Below are positions 1 to 9,251 of a stretch of DNA of 64,000 bases, piece by piece. The notes beneath the pieces are model-generated. The model did no database searches and was not told the origin of the DNA. It saw only the letters and a program-made list of their open reading frames with translations. Positions within the stretch are counted from its first letter, which is position 1, and each line of letters opens with the position of its first letter. Position numbers and translations under genes: made by a program. Origin of the DNA: an uncultured Planctomycetaceae bacterium (GTDB lineage Bacteria > Planctomycetota > Planctomycetia > Pirellulales > PALSA-1355); the NCBI GenBank assembly GCA_963785305.1, contig CAWAUV010000008.1:1344001-1408000 (forward strand). Reading direction: 5' to 3'.

Positions 1-21
1 CGAACGGCTCCGCCTAGAAAC

Positions 22-92
22 GGCTATCTCGAAAACCCCGTCTCCCTTCGGGAGAGGGCAGAGTGAGGGCTCACTGAAGTTCTCGAATAGGC
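22..92. repeat. REP/MITE-like palindromic element (CCCTCTCCC..GGGAGAGGG core family)
   Basis: CCCCGTCTCCCTTCGGGAGAGGGCAGAGTGAGGGCTC..GAAGTTCTCGAATAGGC, very similar to 7845-7920; abuts the stop codon at 95. Confidence 0.7.
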
Positions 93-94
93 GA

Positions 95-1180
95 TTAGCG
101 AGCGGCGCCGTCGGCCTTGCGGAGCGATTCGATACGATGCCGCTCGAAGTCGGTCGTGAACTGGATCGTCACGGTATCGCCTTCTTGGATCGATTGAAGC
201 TGATTCATCATGTCCTTGTTGGCGTCGAACGGGAAATGAACCGCATAGCCCTCGGCGACGCCGGTCTTGGGTTTGACTTCGACCCACCAGCCATAATTCT
301 TGAGCACCACGCCGGTCACCGACCCGCTGGCTTTCGGAATCAATTTCTTGACGCTCACCAGCCGACGCGAATCGCCGTCGGCCTTGTAGGCGACTTGCAC
401 GCGACTCACCGGGAACACGGCCTTCAGCGCCGCGGATAGTTTCTTGTCCACGGGCTGGTCGATGCGATAGGCGACCGGGTCGGACTCGCCATCGGCCTTC
501 ACCACCAGGGAGTCGTCTTGCCGCTCGATGACGATGCCCGAGACGGGCTTGCCATCGTTTTTCGTGGGCTTGCCGGCCATCGCGACGCGCTCGAGGCTTT
601 GAATGCGATGCCGCTCGAAGTCGGTGGTGAATACGATCGTGACCACTTCGCCCGGCTTCAGGCTCTTGAGCTTCTCCATGAACGCTTTATCGTTGTAATT
701 GGCGCCGGGAGCGAAGGCGTCGGCCGGGCCCTTTCGCGGCTTGAGCTCGAGCCAGAAGTCGTTGTGCAACGCCACGACGGTTCCGGTCATGACTCCGGGC
801 GGTTGCAGTATCTGCCGCTTGACGCCGACGAGCCGCCGGGCGCTATCGACCGTTTTATAGGTCAGCTCCACGCGGCTCGCCGGAAAAACGGTTTTTCCCA
901 GCACATCGGTCAGCTTCTTCTCCTGGGGAACGATGTATTTGATCGGCGCGTCTTCGCCATCGGCCTTGACCGTGATCCAGCCGGCCTTGAGGTCGAAATC
1001 GAACAGAATGCCGGCGACCTTGCCGTCTTGTTTCTTGGCCGCCATTTCGGCGGCCGAGGAGTCGGCGGCCGCGCATTCGATGGCCGCGGCGCTCGAAAGC
1101 GCCACAATGCCCGCGATCCGCAAGCTGGCGATGAGCCAACCGCGTGCAAGCATGCGCGGGCCGTGGCGGCGAATCAACAT
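95..1180 (-). CDS. Secreted protein with an internally duplicated beta-barrel (OB-fold-like) unit
   Basis: Signal-peptide-like N-terminus; two ~145-aa copies sharing VKADGE, VFP(A/V)SRV and FTTDFERHRI(Q/E)SL; start could be 1180 or 1153. Confidence 0.75.
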   Translation of the reverse strand: MLIRRHGPRMLARGWLIASLRIAGIVALSSAAAIECAAADSSAAEMAAKKQDGKVAGILFDFDLKAGWITVKADGEDAPIKYIVPQEKKLTDVLGKTVFPASRVELTYKTVDSARRLVGVKRQILQPPGVMTGTVVALHNDFWLELKPRKGPADAFAPGANYNDKAFMEKLKSLKPGEVVTIVFTTDFERHRIQSLERVAMAGKPTKNDGKPVSGIVIERQDDSLVVKADGESDPVAYRIDQPVDKKLSAALKAVFPVSRVQVAYKADGDSRRLVSVKKLIPKASGSVTGVVLKNYGWWVEVKPKTGVAEGYAVHFPFDANKDMMNQLQSIQEGDTVTIQFTTDFERHRIESLRKADGAAR

Positions 1181-1320
1181 GGCTGGCGACTCCCCACGAG
1201 CCTGGACGCGGCGCGGGTTCCGTTCCCAGGCGCGCCGGGCGTTCAATCGTCTTTGAATGGGAAACGTTTTGCACGCGGTTCGGCGAACAACGGGCCCGAA
1301 CCACGGCGGGCGCGGAGCCG

Positions 1321-1767
1321 TTATCGCATGGGCCGCAGGAGCACGCAGGCGTCGGCCAGATCGGTTGCCGGGTCTTCGGGGTCGAGCTCCAGTTGCCCGA
1401 TCACTTCGCCCTGGAGCCGGCTAGCTACGGTGGCGCCGATCGCATGGATGAGGCTCGCGCGGGCATGGCTGTCGATATTGCCGTAGAAGTCGCGAATCTC
1501 GGCGTCGTAGAGCATGCGCAGATGGTCGTCGGCTCGAATATGCCGTAGCACCTGCAGCACCACATCCTCGGGAAACTCCTGGAGCGAATAGCGCCGGCCG
1601 ACAAACGCCGCGATCTTGCCCAAGAGCCGGGTGCGCCGATCGCTAGGGGCCTCGGTGAAGTCATGCACGGCCACGAGAATCAGATCGTCGAGACTCAGCC
1701 CGAGCCGTTCGGCTTCGACCTCGGCATGCGCCGCGAGATGGTCGGGCAAATGCACCTTCGCTTCCAT
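1321..1767 (-). CDS. Hypothetical protein with ribbon-helix-helix-like N-terminus
   Basis: MEAKVHLPDHLAAHAEVEAERLGLSLDDLILVAV fits an RHH/CopG-like pattern; remainder unrecognised. Confidence 0.55.
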   Translation of the reverse strand: MEAKVHLPDHLAAHAEVEAERLGLSLDDLILVAVHDFTEAPSDRRTRLLGKIAAFVGRRYSLQEFPEDVVLQVLRHIRADDHLRMLYDAEIRDFYGNIDSHARASLIHAIGATVASRLQGEVIGQLELDPEDPATDLADACVLLRPMR

Positions 1768-2204
1768 GAGAGCCGCCCTTTCGCAAGGAGAGTTCGACGT
1801 TTTCCGGGAAGTCCGCCGCACGCGCATGGAGCTTGCTGAGATGTCGCTCGAAGAGACGTGCGCCGTCAGCTTACGCCGCCACGGAGCGCGAAGCAAGCAT
1901 TTTTTTGTCGAATCCGCGTTTTGACGTTTCGGCGTTTCAAGCCCCCGAAAGCGTTTGCGGCTGTTTTTCGATCTCCGCCCGCGTTGGATTCGAATCGTCG
2001 AGGAACCGATGCCCCAACCCGGTCGAATACCATTTCTGAAACGGCGGCGTTCCTCATCTTTGGGCGAGCGTTTGATGGAATTCTAATTCAACCCACGCAT
2101 TTCTGGCGGGCCTTCGACTTGCCGACCCGCCACGCCACCGTCCATACTGCCAGACCCCGTCCGATGGTCGATGACGGTTGGAATCAATACCGATTCTCGT
2201 TAGC

Positions 2205-2281
2205 AGCCTATCCGACTACTTCGTCGAGTCCTCCACCACCCTCTCCCATATGGGGAGCGGGAGGGGAGCTGTTGGATAGGC
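2205..2281. repeat. MITE/REP-like element with GCCTATCCG..GGATAGGC ends
   Basis: Terminal inverted repeats plus internal CCCTCTCCC/GGGGAG hairpin; homologous to 18405-18483. Confidence 0.7.
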
Positions 2282-2301
2282 CTTTAGAAGGAAAGCGGCA
2301 A

Positions 2302-3726
2302 ATGGGCGCATCGGGAAAACTCACGGCGTTCAACCTGTCGCTCGCTTTGCTCGCTTTTCTCCTCGCAATCCCGGAGCGTCCGATGCAAGCGCGGGACAAC
2401 AAGTCCAAACAGGAAGAAGCCGCCCAGCTTGGAGTCGAAGCCGTCGTCTACGGCTTTCCGCTGATGATGATGGAAATGACGAAGCGGGTGCAAACCAACC
2501 TGGAGGAGCCGGACCAAACCGGCCACGCTCCGGTCAACCAGCTCAGCAACTTCGCCAAGTATCCGACGGCGGCCTACAGGGATGTCGTGCGAATGAACGT
2601 GGATACGCTTTATTCGTTTGCTTGGCTCGACCTGACCAAGGCGCCGATGGTCTTGTCGGTTCCCGACACCGATGGCCGCTACTATTTGATGCCGGTGCTT
2701 GACGGCTGGACCAACGTCTTTGCCTCGCCGGGGAAACGAACCACCGGCGTCAAGGCCGGACAATTCGCCATCGTCGGCCCGGATTGGAAAGGGACGCTGC
2801 CCGCTGGCGTCCAAGAACTCAAGTCCTCGACCAACACTGCCATGATCGCCGGGCGAACCCAGGCGAATGGCCCAGCGGATTACGAAACAGTTCATGCGAT
2901 CCAAAAAAAATACAAGCTGACTCCGCTCAGTGCCTTCGGCAAGCCATATTCACCGCCGAGGGGAGTGGTCGATCCAAGAATCGACATGAAGACGCCGCCC
3001 GTCGAGCAGGTCGGCAAGATGAGTGCCGAAGCATACTTCAAGACATTGACGACTCTCATGAAGTCGAATCCGCCAGCCGCGGCGGATGCCCCCATGTTGG
3101 CGAAACTTGCCAAGATCGGTGTTGTGCCAGGGCAAGATTTCGACATGAGCAAACTCGACCCAGCCACGGCGAAGGGATTGGAGAAATGCGTCCAGACCGC
3201 GATTGCCGATTTACAGATCGCGGCCAAGGTCACGGGCAAGTCCATCAACGGCTGGAATTTTCTCCCCATGAACTTGGGCGAATACGGCACTGAATATGAA
3301 GAACGGGCAGTAATCGCCCTGGTCGGTCTGGGGGCGAATTTGGCGAAAGACGCAATTTATCCCACGGCGTTCAACGGCAACGATGGCAAGCCGCTCACCG
3401 GCAAGAATCGCTACGTCATCCACTTCGACAAGGGACAAATGCCCCCGGCCAACGCTTTCTGGTCGATCACGATGTACGACGGAAAGAGCTTCCTGGTCGA
3501 TAACCCGATCAATCGCTACAACATTGCCGCTTGGATGCCGCTGAAATACAACCCCGATGGCTCGCTCGACATTTACTTGCAAACGGACTCGCCCGGTAAG
3601 GGCAAGGAGTCAAACTGGCTGCCAGCCGCCAAGGGGGAGTTCAGTCCGACCATGCGAATTTACTGGCCTCAAGAGGCTGCGATAGACGGCAAGTGGCAGC
3701 CGCCGGCAATAGCGATCGCGAGGTGA
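2302..3726 (+). CDS. DUF1254/DUF1214 domain-containing exported protein
   Basis: VVRMNVDTLYSFAWLDL, GRYYLMP, FWSITMYD, NPDGSLDIY, MRIYWP motifs; signal peptide; GAAGGA RBS before ATG 2302. Confidence 0.9.
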   Translation: MGASGKLTAFNLSLALLAFLLAIPERPMQARDNKSKQEEAAQLGVEAVVYGFPLMMMEMTKRVQTNLEEPDQTGHAPVNQLSNFAKYPTAAYRDVVRMNVDTLYSFAWLDLTKAPMVLSVPDTDGRYYLMPVLDGWTNVFASPGKRTTGVKAGQFAIVGPDWKGTLPAGVQELKSSTNTAMIAGRTQANGPADYETVHAIQKKYKLTPLSAFGKPYSPPRGVVDPRIDMKTPPVEQVGKMSAEAYFKTLTTLMKSNPPAAADAPMLAKLAKIGVVPGQDFDMSKLDPATAKGLEKCVQTAIADLQIAAKVTGKSINGWNFLPMNLGEYGTEYEERAVIALVGLGANLAKDAIYPTAFNGNDGKPLTGKNRYVIHFDKGQMPPANAFWSITMYDGKSFLVDNPINRYNIAAWMPLKYNPDGSLDIYLQTDSPGKGKESNWLPAAKGEFSPTMRIYWPQEAAIDGKWQPPAIAIAR

Positions 3727-3828
3727 ACGCTCCCATCGGAATCCAAGAAGAAGCCTCCAGCAAGGCTTTTTTCGAACTCGCGAATTACGACCGTTATTCG
3801 AAACCCACGGCATTCGCGCCAACGCGCT

Positions 3829-3919
3829 TCGGGTTGTGATTCAGTGGCTTTTCCGTCCTAGCCCGAAGCGTCAGCGAGGACTTCCGTGATTCGCCCAGCG
3901 CCCTACGCCTGGGCGCCGC
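3829..3919. repeat. 91-bp composite REP unit, copy 1
   Basis: TCGGGTTGTGA..GCCCGAAGCGTCAGCGAGG inverted REP pair plus second hairpin; direct repeat of 4893-4983. Confidence 0.8.
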
Positions 3920-4319
3920 GCAATTCCTGGGAATAACTGCACGCGCCGCCCCGGATCGGCATTCCGGTTGCGGCCGCAGGTTTTGATCTCCTGGCGGGCG
4001 ACATCGCGCAGGATTCCGTCGGAGCGATCGCACTTCGGTCGTTCGACACGTGCATGAGCGATGGCCAGCGCTTTGCCGTCTTTCTTGCGACGCTCGCGCG
4101 TGAGGGCCCGGTCGCGAATGCCGCGCGCCGCGCGCCTGAGCGGGGGGCAGCTACCGCTCGGGGCGTGCAGGCGACCGCCAGGGGTGTTGCCAAGACGACC
4201 CCGGTTACGAACTCCCGCATGGCAGGCCACGAACTCCCGACAGCAGGCCACACGCGCCCGCGCGGCCGGCGACGGGTCAAATGGCGCCCGGATTCGTCGG
4301 GTTCATCCATCGCATGGGG

Positions 4320-4664
4320 TCATGCAGTCGGCTTCTCGACATTCATCGTGCTCTTTAAGCGAGCATGAGGCGAAGGGTGTTTTCGGCCCGCGGGCGCGAT
4401 CGCGCCGGCCGCGTCGCGCGCTGTCGCCGTCTTTCGGCGCCTCGCCGCGCGAGGGGGCGATTCCGGCCGGGATCCGTCCAGGGGGCGACATGGAACATAC
4501 TCGTGCTCCAGCCACTGCGCTTCGGCTTTCAGCCAAGCATCGATCCCCCGATCCGTGGGCTTGCCATCATCCAGCCAAGCGAAATAGGCCTTCTCGCGAA
4601 TACGATCTTCGCAAGTCGCACGCTCTTGGGGCGTCATTTCCAGATTGTTCAATGAAATGGACAT
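4320..4664 (-). CDS. DUF2934 domain-containing protein
   Basis: DRIREKAYFAWLDDGKPTDRGIDAWLKAEAQ; GGAGG RBS. Confidence 0.85.
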   Translation of the reverse strand: MSISLNNLEMTPQERATCEDRIREKAYFAWLDDGKPTDRGIDAWLKAEAQWLEHEYVPCRPLDGSRPESPPRAARRRKTATARDAAGAIAPAGRKHPSPHARLKSTMNVEKPTA

Positions 4665-4796
4665 CTCGAACCTCCGTTAAAACGCGTGCGAGGAACCGCG
4701 CCCGAGCATTTCGCGCATGCCGCGGAATCGCCTTCGCGCAGCGCGGGAAAACCGAAACCCGGCGCCCTCTTCCCCGCTACGTTCCTTCATGCTCTA

Positions 4797-4812
4797 AGCA
4801 AATTAGAAGCCG
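4797..4812 (-). promoter_or_regulatory. Putative sigma54 -24/-12 promoter of the DUF2934 gene
   Basis: CGGCTTCTAATTTGCT (GG-N10-GC), ~130 bp upstream of the start. Confidence 0.55.
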
Positions 4813-4892
4813 AGCGAATTTGGTTCTGCCGTTTCCACGTGCATTGCTCGACGAAAAGTCTCGTTTTGGGCAGCAATTTCCTCGCTGACGCC

Positions 4893-4983
4893 TCGGGTTG
4901 TGATTCAGTGGCGTTTCCGTCATAACCCGATGCGTCAGCAAGGACTTCCGTGATCCGCCCAGCGCAATACGTTTGGGCGGCGC
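4893..4983. repeat. 91-bp composite REP unit, copy 2
   Basis: About 11 mismatches to 3829-3919, same orientation. Confidence 0.8.
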
Positions 4984-5210
4984 TTGCACTCGAAAACGCA
5001 AGAGCCAAGTGAACTTATAGCGGCGCTTTCATGCCGGCGCCGAGCCATTTCAACCGGAAATGTCCGGAGATATTCCGAGCGAGAGCGCGCGAAGCATGAC
5101 AAAAGCGAGCGAAATCGCACGCGAGCGGGCGCCGCGACCGGCGCCCTGGAAAACCGCGCCAAGCGACCTCGATCCTGGCCCGAAGCGTAGCGAGGGCTAT
5201 CGAGATCCGC

Positions 5211-5978
5211 TCAGCACAATGCGCTTCCGTGCGTTTTGCGATCAAAAACGGGAGCGCCAGGAGTTTTGTCTCGCCCCCGGAACCGACGCGCGGTAAGCAA
5301 TCCCGCCGTGGCGAAAATGCCCAACGCCAAACTCGATGGCTCCGGCACCGGCGACAGGGCCACATCGAAGACAGGGCTGTAGGTGGAATTTTGATATCCC
5401 ACCCCGGAATAGGAACCACCGGCCGTGGGCAGAACCACGAGCGGACCATACGCGGACAGGTACGGATGGGTGTTACCCACGGCGGAATATTCGCCGCCGC
5501 CGGCCAGCGTGTGAATCGCAAAGGCGTAACTCGAACTGGGCGAGAGCAATTGCGGCGTGGCGAAGGAAAACGTCAACCATTCCTGTGACGTTCCCGGGAT
5601 GTTTACGGAAGTACTCGTGGTGTCCGTGTAGATAGAGGTAACCGTCGTTGCCGTGGTGTTGTCCGAAAACAAATACGCGGTATAGGTGTCCGAAGCGGTA
5701 GAGTTCGTTGAGCCGGCGATTGAAATCGTGAACGCGGTCATCTCATAACCGGCCGGGTTAGAACCCGTGGTAAAGAGAGTGCCGGGAGCGCCATAGGTAC
5801 TGTTATCCGTGTAATAATTGAAAGTCCCATACACGGTCGTTTGGCCGGTGGTGGACAGCTGATAGACGTCGTCTACCCCGGGAGTTGGCGCGGTTGCCGA
5901 TACGGAGATGATGCCTGCCCGAGCCGCGGACGACATTGCGGCCACGGCCACAAGGATAACCGAAAAGACGCGAAGCAT
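5211..5978 (-). CDS. PEP-CTERM sorting-domain surface protein (Ser/Thr-rich)
   Basis: Signal peptide MLRVFSVILVAVAAMSSAARA; VPEPSSLALGIFATAGLLTARRFR; GAGGAG RBS. Confidence 0.9.
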   Translation of the reverse strand: MLRVFSVILVAVAAMSSAARAGIISVSATAPTPGVDDVYQLSTTGQTTVYGTFNYYTDNSTYGAPGTLFTTGSNPAGYEMTAFTISIAGSTNSTASDTYTAYLFSDNTTATTVTSIYTDTTSTSVNIPGTSQEWLTFSFATPQLLSPSSSYAFAIHTLAGGGEYSAVGNTHPYLSAYGPLVVLPTAGGSYSGVGYQNSTYSPVFDVALSPVPEPSSLALGIFATAGLLTARRFRGRDKTPGAPVFDRKTHGSALC

Positions 5979-6075
5979 TGGCAAACTCCTCTCGCGGGGA
6001 CCGACCGAAGTTGTTTACCCAACGGACGCCCGCCAAGCGACGTCGGTGGAAACCAAGCTGCTCGCCGGATTTCCA

Positions 6076-6128
6076 TTGCACGCAATGAACTCCGTCTTGC
6101 ACGCAATATAACTTGTCTTGCGTGCAAT
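6076..6128. promoter_or_regulatory. Three palindromic operator-like boxes TTGC(AC/GT)GCAAT at 21-bp spacing
   Basis: Boxes start at 6076, 6097 and 6118. Confidence 0.65.
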
Positions 6129-6131
6129 GAC

Positions 6132-6160
6132 AGAGTAATCGCGCGAACCGCCCAAGTCAA
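6132..6160 (-). promoter_or_regulatory. Putative sigma70-type promoter for the PEP-CTERM gene
   Basis: TTGACT-N17-TACTCT on the minus strand. Confidence 0.5.
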
Positions 6161-6189
6161 CCATCTCGGGCGTTATAAATCCAAAAGAA

Positions 6190-6245
6190 GCCTTCCCACG
6201 GCCCAGCCCTCTCAAACGGGGAGATAGAGGGTCGGATCGGCTCTA
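6190..6245. repeat. Degenerate MITE/REP copy overlapping the baeRF stop codon
   Basis: CCCTCTC..GGGAGA..TCGGATCGGCTCTA, same right end as other copies. Confidence 0.5.
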
Positions 6246-7454
6246 AACCGCTGGCTTTGCCTTCGCGCGCGACGTCTTGGTCGATTGCGAAGGCATTGCG
6301 ATGTCGCTGAACTTGAATACCGCAGCGGCCAGTTCGTGGATTCCGAAATGGGCGAGATCGGCCGCATACGCATCGCCGCCATGACGCAGGGTTTCGAGGA
6401 CGGCCAGATTCAGCAAATCCTCGGCCCCTGGTGCATGCGGCTCCAGCAGGCGGCTTTGGCCGGTGCTGGGGTCGAAGCTTCCCCATCGCTGGCAAGTCGA
6501 CGAGATCACCAGCACGCCGATCCGGCCCTCGTGCGCCGCAATCAGAATTTCATGCAGGCCGCCATCGCCCCGATTCAGAGCGGCATGTTCAGCGCACTTC
6601 GCGAGAGCGTGTTTCTCTCGCGAGGCGAAATGCGGTAGCACGATATCCCAGGCCCGACGGTGCAACTCGTGCGTGCTCTGCAACTCGGGACTGCCCCCGA
6701 TGGATTCGCCCTGCAAGTGGGCATAATGATTGACATCTCGGTAGAGCGGCACGAGATTTCGCGCCGCCGCGAGCACCAGGGGTTCCCGCGATTGGCGAAG
6801 AAACTTGCAAAGCGCCGCATCCACCTGCCGAGCATAAGCCGAAAATTCCGGCTTGGCGTAGTCCGACGCGCCGCCTTGTCCGCTGCGAACCGTTTGCCGC
6901 GAGTTGCCGTGCCGCACCCCGCCATGCTCTTCGGTCGTGTGCTGATGGTCGGCCGCAGGAAGCGCATCAGCCTCGCTGGCAGGCAACCCAGGCACGTCGA
7001 GCGGCGCGATCGTCCACCGATCGCCGCGAAAGGCGCGGCAGTGGTTTTTGCTGATTTCCAAGACGATGAACGTCCCGTCGGTCTCAAGCTCCAGGAGTGG
7101 CGTTACTTGAAAATGTCGCCCGACGACCCACGTCTCCTCGACCGCATGCGGCAGCCGCAATAGATTATGACGCTCCGAGTTGGCAAAGATCGCCAGTCCT
7201 CGGCTCCCATCTTCCCAAAAGCCGGGCTCACCGGTTGCTTCCAGGATCGATCCGACCAAATTTCGAGCATCGACGGAGCGCATCCCATGATCGACGAGCG
7301 CCTGCTCCGCGCTGGTGAGTAAATTCTTGAGGCGGATCGGATTTTGTCGGGCGGCTGGTTCTCCCTGCTCCACGGGCACATAAATCGACAGACATTGCGA
7401 GTCGGCGATGGCGGATAGGTCTCGGAGTGTGTGACGGATAAATGCATTACGCAT
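6243..7454 (-). CDS. Bacterial archaeo-eukaryotic release factor family protein (baeRF3/7-like)
   Basis: CLSIYVP..NPIRLKNLL, FW..SRGLAIFA, FQVTPLL, EDLLNLAVLETLRHGG motifs; no GGQ recognised. Confidence 0.85.
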   Translation of the reverse strand: MRNAFIRHTLRDLSAIADSQCLSIYVPVEQGEPAARQNPIRLKNLLTSAEQALVDHGMRSVDARNLVGSILEATGEPGFWEDGSRGLAIFANSERHNLLRLPHAVEETWVVGRHFQVTPLLELETDGTFIVLEISKNHCRAFRGDRWTIAPLDVPGLPASEADALPAADHQHTTEEHGGVRHGNSRQTVRSGQGGASDYAKPEFSAYARQVDAALCKFLRQSREPLVLAAARNLVPLYRDVNHYAHLQGESIGGSPELQSTHELHRRAWDIVLPHFASREKHALAKCAEHAALNRGDGGLHEILIAAHEGRIGVLVISSTCQRWGSFDPSTGQSRLLEPHAPGAEDLLNLAVLETLRHGGDAYAADLAHFGIHELAAAVFKFSDIAMPSQSTKTSRAKAKPAV

Positions 7455-7574
7455 GGCGCTGGCCTTCCGGAAAAGTTACACGGACAAAGGACTTGAGCGT
7501 CAATCGCCGGACTCGAAACCGAGCCCAGCGTTTTCAGCGTGGCCGACGCCAATAGCCAACTTCCCAATTGAGGG

Positions 7575-7590
7575 AGCAAATCCGATGCCG
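7575..7590 (-). promoter_or_regulatory. Putative sigma54 promoter of the baeRF gene
   Basis: CGGCATCGGATTTGCT (GG-N10-GC), ~120 bp upstream of the start. Confidence 0.6.
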
Positions 7591-7844
7591 GGCGTGGCGA
7601 GTGGATGCAAGAGCGCCTCTGTAGCCGCTTTTTCAAGCCAGATTGGGGAAAACGCGGCTTTGGGCCACGTGCCCATGCGTGCGAATTCGCCCGCTTCCGT
7701 GCCTGACCGCATTTTTCGGCCCGGGATTACAAAGGCGACATCCCGCGCAGCGCCCCTGGGGAGCGGACGCGCCGTGAAAGCGCGGGGGCGAGCATCAAAA
7801 TCCGATGCGACAATGCCAGTGACGCGCCGACCGCCGGCTTAGGA

Positions 7845-7920
7845 CCCGGTCCGGCGGCTCCCCCGTCTCCCTTTGGGAGAGGGTAGGTTGAGGGCTCGCC
7901 GAAGTTCTCGGATTGGCTCT
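7845..7920. repeat. MITE/REP-like element
   Basis: CCCCGTCTCCCTTTGGGAGAGGGTAGGTTGAGGGCTCGCCGAAGTTCTCGGATTGGCTCT, followed by TAA. Confidence 0.7.
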
Positions 7921-8050
7921 TAAAGAGGCCAGCAGACTGTCAAGATAACGACCTAAGTCGTTATTTTGCGAGCCGCGCCGCGCTTTGCAAGGTGCTTGGC
8001 GAGATTGAAAAATGCCAAGAGGGCACTTTTCAAAAGGCTATTAGATCGAA

Positions 8051-8124
8051 AGCCAGCGGTGGGAGTCGAACCCACAACCCCCGCATTACGAATGCGGTGC
8101 TCTGCCAATTGAAGCTACGCTGGC
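8051..8124 (-). tRNA. tRNA-Thr(CGT)
   Basis: GCCAGCG acceptor stem, anticodon arm CCGCA-TT-CGT-AA-TGCGG, GGTTCGACTCC T-loop; CCA not encoded. Confidence 0.95.
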
Positions 8125-8356
8125 GAAGATTTGCCGTAAACGACAACGCATCAATGATTTGCGATGTCATGAAAAAAGGGCGCCATGAGGCCCGTTTTCC
8201 ATGGTCATGTGGCCACAAAAAAACAAGGCGGCCCACCCACTTTGGCGCTGCGTTCAAAATGCGCCCCGCCAAACTAAGAATAGCACACGCCGGCCAGCGG
8301 CCCAAGCCCTTTGGGGGTTTTCTGCTTGGCAGTTCCCCCTCCCACGGCGCGCGTTA

Positions 8357-8407
8357 GCAGCCTCACCCTGCCCTCTCCCATACGGGAAGAGGGCAGGGTG
8401 AGGCTGC
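8357..8407. repeat. REP-like hairpin with a 20-bp stem
   Basis: GCAGCCTCACCCTGCCCTCT..AGAGGGCAGGGTGAGGCTGC. Confidence 0.75.
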
Positions 8408-8462
8408 CCAATCCGACCGGCGTCCCTTGAGCCCCGCGGGAGCGCGCGATACGATTGCATCC

Positions 8463-9143
8463 ATGAAAATCACTGTTGTTCAGCATGTCGCGCCCGAGGG
8501 ATTGGGGCTCATCGGCGAAACGCTCATCGGGCGAAATGTCGGCGCCCAGTTCGTCAAGATTTTCGCGGGCGACCCGGTTCCCGCGACACTCGAAACCGAT
8601 GGGCTCGTCGTGATGGGCGGCCCGATGGGTGTCTACGATCCCCTTGAGCACTTGGCGCTCGAGCAACGACTCATTCGCTCGGCCATGAGCCAGAACAAGC
8701 CGGTATTGGGCGTGTGTCTGGGCAGCCAACTTTTGGCCGCCGCGCTGGGGGCCCATGTTCTCTCCAGCGGACGGCAGGAAATCGGCTGGCATGAGGTCAC
8801 GACTCGGCCCGACCCGCTCTGGCGCGGCCTGCCCGAACGATTCGACGCGGTGCATTGGCACGGCGATATCTTCGACCTGCCGGCCGAGGCCAAGCTGCTC
8901 GCCTCGTCGCAAATGACCGCGAACCAGGCGTTTCGCGTCGGCAAGGCGATTGGGCTGCTGTTTCATCTGGAAATGACCTCCGAGGCGCTCGCGGCGATGG
9001 CCGACGCGTTTCCAGAAGACTTGGCCAAAGTCGACCTCACGCGCGAGCGACTCATGGCCCAAGCAGCCGAGCGACTGGAGCCGCTCCAGAAGATCGGCCG
9101 CGGCGTGTTCGGCTACTGGGTCGACATGCTTCAGGCGTCGTAG
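8463..9143 (+). CDS. Type 1 glutamine amidotransferase (GMP synthase-like)
   Basis: MGGPM, LGVCLGSQL (catalytic Cys), HWHGD, FHLE (His-Glu). Confidence 0.9.
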   Translation: MKITVVQHVAPEGLGLIGETLIGRNVGAQFVKIFAGDPVPATLETDGLVVMGGPMGVYDPLEHLALEQRLIRSAMSQNKPVLGVCLGSQLLAAALGAHVLSSGRQEIGWHEVTTRPDPLWRGLPERFDAVHWHGDIFDLPAEAKLLASSQMTANQAFRVGKAIGLLFHLEMTSEALAAMADAFPEDLAKVDLTRERLMAQAAERLEPLQKIGRGVFGYWVDMLQAS

Positions 9144-9251
9144 CCCTCCGTGGCTCGAGCGCGGCGGCCATCGATTGCCGATCGCGGGGCCCGGTCGGCT
9201 CCAGTGCGACGCGGCCGAGCATCGTTTCATTTCCCATAGGTCCGCCCAGCC

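Noticed and set aside
1858..2301. N-terminal extension of the DUF1254 ORF
   Set aside because: Runs through an intergenic repeat; the RBS and signal peptide indicate a start at 2302
3903..4310. Possible small gene downstream of DUF2934
   Set aside because: No recognisable motif, competing frames and overlap with a repeat; cannot support
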